Origin: Chiloscyllium plagiosum
Taxonomy: Eukaryota
DNA length: 61,176 nt
NCBI RefSeq assembly: GCF_004010195.1
Contig: NW_025215381.1
Location: 1,542,949 to 1,604,124, forward strand
Reading direction: 5' to 3'
Within the stretch, counting starts at the first letter, position 1; the number at the start of each line of letters is the position of its first letter. Of the stretch, positions 51,787 through 61,176 are shown piece by piece. The position numbers were made by a program, and so were the translations under genes. The notes beneath the pieces were generated by a model. The model was not told the origin of the DNA, ran no database searches, and worked only from the letters and a program-made list of their open reading frames with translations.

Positions 51787-52145
51787 CACCAAATTGAACA
51801 GCATCCGAGGAGCAGGAGAATCGACGTTTCGGGCATGAGCCCTTCTTCAGCAACACGTTCTTAAGCTCTGATCTCCAGCATCTGCAGTCCTCACTTTCTC
51901 CACCAACTTGAACAGTCAAGATCAGAGCGGTGCTGGAAAAGCACAGCAGGTCAGGCAGCATCCGAGGAGCAGGAAAATCCATGTTTCAGGCAAGTCAGGA
52001 ATGATGGAGGGCTCTCGCACGAAACGTCAACTCTCCTGTTCCTCGGATGCTGCCTGACCTGCCGCGCTTTTCCAGCACCACTCTGATCTAAACTCTGATC
52101 TCCAGCATCTGCAAGTCCTCACTTTGACCTCACCAAATTGAACAG
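51787..52145. mobile_element. Two tandem Penelope-derived mini-elements bracketed by three copies of a 15-bp target
   Basis: caccaa(a/c)ttgaacag at 51787, 51901 and 52131; intact - strand hammerhead core at 51821-51850. Confidence 0.8.
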
Positions 52146-52399
52146 ACAGAGTTGCGGAGCAAAGGTGTGACTTTCTGGGACAGTGATGTCTGAGTTTTGT
52201 TTTGGTAACTATTTATTGAAATCCTTCCAAAATTGTGGTCAATCTGCACGATGTGATTTACAGTAGCCATGTTTTAATCCAGCAACTATCATTATAAAGT
52301 TTTGTCAAGAAAGTGTAGCTTTTAAGAAGAGTTTATGATTGCTGTTCATGCTTTGATGACATGACACTGAGGGGTTTACTAGCCAGAAGAAGCCATAGA

Positions 52400-53310
52400 G
52401 TTTTATTAATGATTTCTGATGTATTATTCTCACATGTACCTGGGTACAGTGAAAGATTTTGTTTTGAGTGCAGTCCAGGCAGATCATTCCAAACCAAGTT
52501 CACGGGGTGATCGAACAGGGTGAGGCATACAATGTTATCGCTGAAGAGAACTCGACAGGTCCATTCAGGAGTCTGCTAACAGCAGGGAAGAAGCTGTTCT
52601 TGAATCTGTTAGTCTGTGTGTTTAGGCTTGTATATCTTCTGCCTGACAGAAGTGGTTGGGAGAGATTATAAGGGGATAGGAGGGGGCTTTGATGCAGTTA
52701 GTTGCCTTTCTGTAAGTCAGGAAGTGTAGGTGGAGTCAGTGGATGGAAGGTTGGTTTGCGTGACGGACTGCGCTGTGTTCACAACTCTCTGTCGTTTCTT
52801 ACACTCCTGGGCAGAGCAGATGCCGAAGCAAACTGCGATGCATCCAGATAGAATACTTCATGTGGTGCATCTATAAAAGTTGATGAGGGTCCTTATGGAC
52901 ATGTCAAATTTCCTTAGCCTCCTGAGGAAGGAGTTGTGCCTTCTTGACCATCGCATCAACACGGGTGGTCCAGGTCAGATTGTTGGTGATTGTTACTCCC
53001 AGGAAGTTGATGCTCTTGAACATCTTCACCTCAGTTCCATTGATGTAGATAGGAGCATGCCCTCCACCTTGCTTCTTGAAGTCAATGGCCAGCTCTTTAG
53101 TTTTGCCAACATTGAGGGAGAGACTGTTATTTTTACATCATGCCACCCAAGCACTCTACCTCTTTCCTATATTCTGTCTCATCATTGTTTGAGATCTGGT
53201 CTACAATGGTGGATGTTAGGATGAAATTTGGCCACACAGTCATGAGTGTACAGGGAGTACAGTCAGGGACTGCGTATGAAGACTTATGGGGTGCTAGTGT
53301 TGAGGATAGT
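52400..53310 (-). mobile_element. Rex1/Babar-type LINE 3' fragment
   Basis: FLRRLRKFDMSIRTLINFYRC...LLSGRRYTSLNTQTNRFKNSFFPAVSRLLN. Confidence 0.8.
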
Positions 53311-53340
53311 CATGACCTCCTAATGACCTCCCTGGATTAT

Positions 53341-56100
53341 AGTTAACTGTGACCATGGAGCTTTGGAAACAAAATTCATAAGAGACAGAATTGTTGTTGG
53401 AACTATTGATGAATCTTTGTCAGATATATTACAGTTCAAAGAAGATTTGACTTCGGGGAAAGTTATTCAAGTTAGGATGGAAGCAGAAACCATGAAGAGT
53501 CACAAAGAACCCTGAGAGGAGAAAGCTATAGGAGAGCAACAAAACCGACTCACTTTATAAAGTATAAGCACTTTATAGAAAAGCTAAGACAAGGAGTAGG
53601 TCAAACAATAAATTCTAAGACTGAGTGAGTGCTCTGGAATAATAAAACGTCACAGGCACAGGCAGTGCCCAGGTATGTCAAAAAAATGTATCTGCAAAAC
53701 CATTGCGTAAAAGGCTATTGACCAAGTGACCCTCTATGACATTCTCTAAGTAGGACATAGTAGTCAAAACAATAGCCAAAGAGCTCATTACAGTAGAGCA
53801 GTCACCACTGGAAAAGGTACTGAAGGCATTCCTGGGGGAAATTAGTGATTCAATTAATTATAATCTTGTAGAAGCTATGTCCGTCAATGGACATTTTGGT
53901 AAAACAAAGGCAAGACTTATACAATTAAAAGTAGGGCCTTGGATTGTAGAACAGAGAGACCGAGGGGTTCAGGTACATAATTCTTTGAAATGACATCGCA
54001 CATAGATAGAGTGGTTAAGAAGGTGTTTAGCACCTTCATTGCTCAGACCTTTGAGTTTAGGGGTTGGGATGTTATGTTGAGGTTATACAGGATGTGGGTG
54101 AGGTCTCGGAAGGAGTATTGTGTCCAGTTCGGGTCTCCCTGTTATAGGAAGGATATTATTAAGCTGGAGAGGGTTCATAAGAGAGTTATCAGGATGTTGA
54201 CAGGCTTTGAGTTATAAAGAAAGGTTGGATAGGCTACAATGTTTTTTACAGGAGCATAGGAGATGGAGTGGTTTATAAAATCATGAGGTATGTTAGGTAA
54301 AGTGAATGGCAGGTGTCTTTTCCCGAAGGTGGGGGATTTCAAGACTTTTGACAAAGTAACAAAGAGGATTGATGAGGGCAGAGTGGTGGACGTGATCTAT
54401 ATGGACTTCAGTAAGGCGTTCGACAAGGTTCCCCATGGGAGACTGATTTGATCTCACGGAATACAGGGAGAACTAGCCATTTGGATACAGAACTGGCTGA
54501 AAGGTAGAAGACAGAGGGTGGTAGTGGAGGGTTGTTTTTCAGACTTGGAGTCCTGTGACCAGTGGAGTGCCACAAGGATCGGTGCTGGGCCCTCTATTTT
54601 TTGTCATTTACATAAATGATTTGGATGTGAGCATAAGAGGTACAGTTAGGTTTACAGATGATACCAAAATTGGAGGTGTAGTGGACAGCGAAGAGGGTTA
54701 CCTCAGATTACAACAGGATCTGGACCAGATGGGCCAATGGGCTGAGAAGTGGCAGATGGAGTTTAATTCAGATAAATGCGAGGTGCTGCATTTTGGGAAA
54801 GCAAATCTTAGCAGGACTTATACACTTATTGGTAAGGTCCTAGGGAGTGTTGCTGAACAAAGGGACCTTGAAGTACAGGTTCATACCTCCATGAAAGTGG
54901 AGTTGCAGGTAGATAGGATAGTGAAGAAGGTGTTTGGTATGCTTTCCTTTATTGGTCAGAGTACTGAGTACAGGAGTTGGGAGGTCATGTTGCGGCTGTA
55001 CAGGACATTGGTTAGGCCACTGTTGGAATATTGCGTGCAATTCTGGTCTCCTTCCTATCAGAAAGATGTTATGAAACTTGAAAGAGTTCAGAAAGGATTT
55101 ACAAGGATGTTGCCAGGGTTGGAGGATTTGATCTATAGGGAGAGGCTGAACAGGCTGGGGCTGTTTTCCCTGGAGCGTCGGAGGCTGAGGGGGTGACATT
55201 ATAGAGGTTTATAAAATTATGGGGAGGATGGATAGGATAAATAGACAAAGTCTTTTCCCTGGAGTGGGGGAGTCCAGAAGTAGAGGGCATAGGTTTATGG
55301 TGAGAGGGGAAAGATATAAAAGAGACCTAAGGGGAAACTTTTTCACTCAGAGAGTGGTGCGTGTATGGAGTGAGCTGCCAGGGGATGTGGTGGAGGCTGG
55401 GACAATTACAACATTTAAGAGGCATCTGGCTGGGTATATGAATAGGAAGGGTTTGGAGGGATATGGGCCGGGTACTGGCAGGTGGGATTGGATTGGGTTG
55501 GGATATCTGGTCGGCATGGACGGGTCGGACCGAAGGGTATGTTTCCGTGCTGTACATCTCTATGACTAAGGGGCATATTTTTAATGTGAGAAAAGAAAGA
55601 TTTTTAAAAAAGACAGGCAGGGAAATTTTGTTTTACACTGAGAGTGATCCATGTGTGGAATGAAGAGGGGAGTGACGGGCGTGGGTACAATTACAAAGTT
55701 TAAAAGACATTGAGATAAGAACGTGAATAAGAGATGTTTGCAGGCAGATGGGAATAGTTTAGTTTGGGATTGTAGTTGGCATGGACTGGTTGGGACTGAA
55801 GGGTCTGTTTTCATGCTGTGTGACTCTATGACATCCCATTAAATTCAAGCTAGATACGAGTGCGGGTTTCACAGCCCTATCAGATTTGACATCCTTGGCT
55901 GAAGACGCAAATAATACAACATGGTCCAGGGGAATAATTTGCCAGAGTCAAGACACACTACAAGTGACACAATCAGCTTAAAAGTGTTGAGAAAGTACAT
56001 GTAACTCACAGTCAACACTTCCCATTTCTGAGCCTTCCCACATGCCTTCATTATTAACATCCTTAACATAAGCACAACGAGTTGAATTAGTATCGAAAGA
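53341..56100 (+). mobile_element. Gypsy LTR-retrotransposon gag/protease remnant split by nested CR1 LINEs
   Basis: FIRDRIVVGTIDESLSDILQFKEDLT (gag); rejoined VNGH|PIKFKLDTSA (protease active-site-like). Confidence 0.8.
53891..55832 (+). mobile_element. Older CR1 3' fragment containing a younger CR1 (about 54345-55567)
   Basis: gacat duplicated at 53890 and 55830; inner copy has SGVPQGSVLGP/FTDDTK and ctatgact tail. Confidence 0.9.
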
Positions 56101-56324
56101 TCAAATTGTTCGGAAATAAATCATTGGCGGTCAATTGGTAAAGGGAGAGCAATCTGTAGATGATTTACTTGGTCTACTTTGACTCCCAGAAAGAAGGACC
56201 TGTCTTGAGCATTGTTAAAGACTCATCAGGACACTTTGCAAGAACAACAGTGTAACAGGAAAGCAATACTCCTACTGTACGAGAGAGAAGGGTGCTGTTT
56301 TGTCACTACTCACTGACAGAATAT

Positions 56325-56640
56325 GAGCATCCCTGGCTAGGCCAGCATTTATTGCCCAACCCTAATTGCCCAGAGAGCAGTTAACAGTCAATCACATTCC
56401 AGTGGGTCTCAAGGTCAGATCAGGTAAGGACAGCAGTTTCCTTCCTTAAAGGTTTGTAATAAAAACCGGATGGATTTTTTTTTGACAATGGTCATCATTA
56501 GACTCTTAATTTCAGAGATTTGTTGAATTCAGATTCCATCCTCTGCCAGGGCAGGATTCAAACCTTTGGTTCCAGAACATTCCCTGGGTCTCTGGATCAA
56601 TGTTCCAGCAATGATACCATTAGGTCATCACCTCCCCTGA
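56325..56640 (-). mobile_element. tRNA-derived SINE, second family
   Basis: Reverse complement of the 1310-1645 type. Confidence 0.7.
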
Positions 56641-57571
56641 TTGATTGTCACGACTACGTTCATTGGATGGATGTCAGCTGTTTACCCAAACACCTTCTGT
56701 CGGTGAAGTGGCCGAGGGTCACGACCTCCCAAGTGTCCTGCTCCGAGGACAGATGTCCCAAGACATGAAGATAAAGACAGTCACTGATGGCTATGACGGC
56801 TGCAGATTGATTGTTTGCGAGGTCGTTGGAAGAGGAGAGCAGGAAACAAGGACCCAGAGGGTAGAGAACAAGCCCACAAGGGTACCGAGGCCAGCAAACC
56901 ACGCACCTTCACACCCCACTGGCTTCCCCTGCAGCAGATGTAGCAGAGACAGCCCCTAGCCAGAACGGGTCTCCTGAGCCACAGCAGTGGCTGATTAACA
57001 CACAAGGTGCAAACTGTTGTCCTACAGGGTTCTGAAGAGGAATCATACAGGACTCAAAATGTTAACTCTGCTTTCACTGCACAAATGATGCCAGAGCTGC
57101 TGAGTTTCTCCAGCACTTTTCACTATGATCACGCAAGTATACAACATACAAACCCAGGGGTGTATTTTGTCTGGGGTTTTCTCTGAAGGAAGGTTGAGAC
57201 AGAGGTGCAGCTCCAAAGTCAATAAAGTAAATAACTTGTGAGGCCTTTGGGTTTTTAAGAAAAAAGTTGGAACAATAGAAGCAGCCTGAATGGGTGGGAT
57301 CAAGCTCCCCCACGGCCAGCACTTTCACCTTTAGTTTTTTTAGTAGCAGTTGCTGCTGGGATCTTGAAGCTCAATGTTGAAACTGTTCCTTCTCTCTCTG
57401 TTACAGCTAAAAGGTGGGGGTTCTCTTCCTGCTCCTTGAAACACATCAGAGATAATCTGTTTTACTGAAAATGCCTTTGGCAAGAGTATGCTTATGGGAT
57501 GTTATTATATTGGAACGTTACTGTTCAGTAGTTAAATAATCTATTGGTCTGTAAGTTTGCCAATAGAGTTC

Positions 57572-57716
57572 GATTAGATTCCCTACAGTATGGCCTTCAG
57601 CCCAACAAGTCCACACCGACCCTCCAAAGAGTAACCCACCCACACCCTGTATTTACCCCTGACTAATGCTCCTAACACTATGGGACAATTTAGCATGGCC
57701 AATTCACCCTAACATC
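57572..57716 (-). mobile_element. HE1-type SINE tail, truncated by gap
   Basis: cccaacaagtccacaccgaccctcc. Confidence 0.8.
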
Positions 57717-58889
57717 NNNNNNNNNNNNNNNNNNNNNNNNNNNNNNNNNNNNNNNNNNNNNNNNNNNNNNNNNNNNNNNNNNNNNNNNNNNNNNNNNNNN
57801 NNNNNNNNNNNNNNNNNNNNNNNNNNNNNNNNNNNNNNNNNNNNNNNNNNNNNNNNNNNNNNNNNNNNNNNNNNNNNNNNNNNNNNNNNNNNNNNNNNNN
57901 NNNNNNNNNNNNNNNNNNNNNNNNNNNNNNNNNNNNNNNNNNNNNNNNNNNNNNNNNNNNNNNNNNNNNNNNNNNNNNNNNNNNNNNNNNNNNNNNNNNN
58001 NNNNNNNNNNNNNNNNNNNNNNNNNNNNNNNNNNNNNNNNNNNNNNNNNNNNNNNNNNNNNNNNNNNNNNNNNNNNNNNNNNNNNNNNNNNNNNNNNNNN
58101 NNNNNNNNNNNNNNNNNNNNNNNNNNNNNNNNNNNNNNNNNNNNNNNNNNNNNNNNNNNNNNNNNNNNNNNNNNNNNNNNNNNNNNNNNNNNNNNNNNNN
58201 NNNNNNNNNNNNNNNNGGTGAGCAAAGACAGGAGAAACGAAAAAGTGTTAAGGATGCTCTGTTCGCCTTGGGTGGCCTGGATTGGAATTGAGCTGGTCAA
58301 GGCAATTAGGAATTGTCCATCCAAACAACCAGGGCTCGCTGTTTCTTTTCTTTCTTGACTGGAGATGGGCACAGTGAAGGGTCAAAGGGCAGGTTTGTGC
58401 CGATAGGGGTGGGCAGACATCCCACGGACCCTCCAGGATGAAATCCAATCATCGGAGGCTGCTTTGCACACACAGCCCCCAGCTACCAAATTCACTGCCA
58501 TCGTTTACTCTCCTCTCCACCGGATCCGAGGCCACGGGGATATCCCCCCCCCCCCTTGGAAAGGTCATCTCCTCAGAAGCCTCGGCAGCCACTCTTCACT
58601 GACATCCAGGCCACGTCTCCAAATATCACCCTCCTTGACTTGCCGGGTGACCTTCCGGCACATTAAAGGCTGTTCCGTTGTCCTGCTCCATGCTGGTGGC
58701 TCCACACCAGCCTCCTCCCACCCTCTCACCATCTCCCCCTCTCAGTATACACTCCTATGCCTTTGTCCCTCATGTGTTTAAACCCATTTAATGTACCAAC
58801 ACTCTTCACCTCTTTCAACCCATGCCTCCTCTCTCACCTGTTCACGCCCTTTTTAACCTTTGAAAGTATACGCACAAGTACTTTTTCTT

Positions 58890-59310
58890 AAATTCAGTCA
58901 TGGGATATGGGCGCCACTGGCCCAGCCAGCCCATCCTTAATTACCCCGAGGGCAGTTAAGAGTCAATCATATGCCTGAAACATCGACTCTCCTGCTCCTC
59001 GGGTGCTGCCTGACCTGCTGTGCTTTTCCAGCAACACACTCTCAACTCTGATCTGCAGCCCCCACTTTCTCCTGCAGTGGGTCTGGAGTCATATATAGGC
59101 CAGACCAAGTAAGGATGGCAGTTTCCTCCCCTAAGGACATGAGTGAGCCAGGTGGGTTTTCCCTGACAATGGTTTCATGGTCATCATTAGATTCCTAATT
59201 CCAGATTTTTAACTGGATTTAAATTCCACCATGACTGGATTCAAATCCAGGTCCCCAGAATATTGCCTCCGTTTCTGGATTATGAGGTTGGTGATAACAT
59301 GGTGAGGCCG
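58890..59310 (-). mobile_element. Second-family SINE with nested Penelope-derived insert (58972-59075)
   Basis: Body homology; gcctgaaacatcgactctcctgctcctcgg insert. Confidence 0.7.
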
Positions 59311-59414
59311 CTATCTGATAACATTCCAAGCTATGGGCTAAGTGCTATGGGAAGTGGGATTACTGGAGAATGGCCAGCACAGACTCAATGGGCCAAAGGA
59401 TTTCTTCAGCACTG

Positions 59415-60400
59415 GATGACTCTCTCTCTTCTCTCCTTCTATCTATCTTTCCATAACTCACTCTCTTTCTACGACTGTTTTCCTCTCACCCTCTCTCTGA
59501 CTGGCCTCCTCTGTCTCTATGACTCTCTCTCCCTAACTCCATGACTATTCTATCCTCTCTTTGCCTCTTGTTCTCTCTGACAGTCTTTCTCCAACGCCCT
59601 CTATGACCTTCTCTCTCTCTCTCTCTCTGAATGTCTCTAACACTCTCTCTCCCTCTCTTGTTCTCTCTGACTCTTTCTCTCTATGGCTTTTCCATCCCCA
59701 TCTCCCTTTCTCTCTTACCGTCTCTCCCTCTCTTTCTGTGACACTTTCATACTGCCTCTCTCTCTGAATCTCTGTCTGTTTATGACACTGACTCATCTCT
59801 CTAACATTATGATGATTGGATTAAATTAGATCCCCTACAGTCTGGAAACAGGCCCTTCGGCCCAACGAGTCCACACCGACCCTCCCAAGAGTAATCCACC
59901 CAGACCCATTTCCCTCTGACTTAATGCACCTAATACTGTGGAGCAATTTAGCATGACCAATTCACCCGGACCTGTCCATCTTTGGACTGTGGGAGGAAAC
60001 CGGAGCACCCGGAGGAAACCCACACAGACACAGGGAGAATGTGCAAACTCCACACAGACAGTTATCCGAGGCTGGAATCAAACCTGGGTCCCTGGCGCTG
60101 TGAGGGAGCAGTGCTAACCACTGAGTCACCTATCTCTATAACTCTCACTTTCTTTGACTCCCCTATCTCTATGACTCCCCTATCTCAATAACTCTCTCAC
60201 TATCACTCCCTTTTTGAGACTCTCCACTTTCCATGACTCTCCCTCCCTCCCTCTCTATGACTCTCTCACATTAGGACTCGATCACTCATTATGACTCTTC
60301 CTCTCTCTATGACTCTCACTCCCCCTTGATGATATACTCTCTCTCTTTCTTCAACTCTTGCTTTATGACTCTCTCTATATGACACCCTCTATCACTCTCT
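59415..60400. repeat. CT-rich low-complexity (ctctatga-like) repeat with - strand HE1 SINE at 59820-60130
   Basis: Directly visible in sequence. Confidence 0.8.
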
Positions 60401-60404
60401 GTAT

Positions 60405-61176
60405 TATGTTAGCTACCTCAGAGCAGCATGAACCTGGGTATGGTTCCAGCCTTGGACAACTGTGGTCTGGAGTTTGCACATTCTCCCCGTGTCTGCATGG
60501 ATTTCCTGCCACAGTCCAAGGATGTGTAGGTTAGGGTGGATTGACCATGCTAAAAAACCCATAGTGTTCAGGGATGTGTAGGTTAGGGTGGATTGGCCAT
60601 GCTAAATTACCCCATAGTGTTCAGGGATGTGTAGGTTAGGGTGGATTGGCCATGCTAAATTGCCCATAGTGTTCAGGGATGTGTAGGTTAGGGTGGATTG
60701 CCATGCTAAAAAACCCATGGTGTTCAGGGATGTGTAGGTTAGGGTGGATTGGCCACGCTAAATTGTCCCATAGTGTTCAGGGATGTGTAGGTTAGGGTGG
60801 ATTGGCCATGCTAAATTACCCCATAGTGTTCAGGGATGTGTAGGTTAGGGTGACTTGGCCATGGGAAATTACCCCATAGTGTTCAGGGATGTGTAGGTCA
60901 GGGTGGATTGGCCGTGCTAAATTACCCCATAGTGTTCAGGGATGTGTAGGTTAGGGTGGATTAGCCATGCTAAATTACCCCATAGTGTTCAGGGATGTGT
61001 AGGTTAGGGTGGATTGGCCATGCTAAATTACCCCACAGTGTTCAGGGATGTGCAGGTTAGGATGGATTAGCCATGCTAAATTACCCCATAGTGTTCAGGG
61101 ATGTGTAGGTTAGGGTGGATTGGCCATGCTAAATTACCCCACAGTGTTCAGGGATGTGCAGGTTAGGGTGGATTGG
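60405..61176 (+). mobile_element. HE1-type SINE with 12 or more internal 53-bp tandem units, running off the window
   Basis: Same unit as 4100-4520. Confidence 0.92.

Noticed and set aside
56790..56960. Hydrophobic - strand peptide AWFAGLGTLVGLFSTLWVLVSC as a transmembrane exon
   Set aside because: No convincing acceptor/donor pair or homology; lies among retroelement debris
60520..61176. Telomeric repeats (ttaggg)
   Set aside because: TTAGGG occurs once per 53-bp SINE-derived unit and does not form a (TTAGGG)n tract

Overview
Repeat-rich vertebrate genomic DNA, almost certainly from a shark, since it carries HE1-type V-SINEs with their CR1/HER1 partner LINEs (species not determinable here). 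There are four N-gaps. The only host gene I can identify is the 3' part of an AGFG/HRB-family ArfGAP gene on the + strand, most like AGFG2. It has five phase-compatible GT-AG exons (7092-7233, 14802-14875, 15249-15332, 17629-17862, 18503-18597) encoding FG/NPF/Q-rich sequence. Its last coding exon probably lies in gap 22269-22786, followed by a 3'UTR-like unique region. A possible terminal exon of an unidentified - strand gene is at 45098-45187, with another acceptor-like signal running into gap 57717-58216. The rest is mostly transposon debris: a near full-length CR1 LINE, many CR1 fragments, Tx1, Rex1/Babar, a Gypsy remnant split by nested LINEs, two tRNA-SINE families, Penelope-derived short elements with minimal hammerhead ribozyme motifs, and a 1.8-kb 36-bp minisatellite. 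The long ORFs in the track are LINE fragments or repeat artefacts. I see no convincing new biological system. The best leads are two candidate alternative terminal exons of the AGFG gene, the hammerhead-bearing Penelope mini-elements, and a local fold-back/templated-insertion rearrangement. Repeat boundaries are approximate, and family names come from recalled motifs, not database searches.
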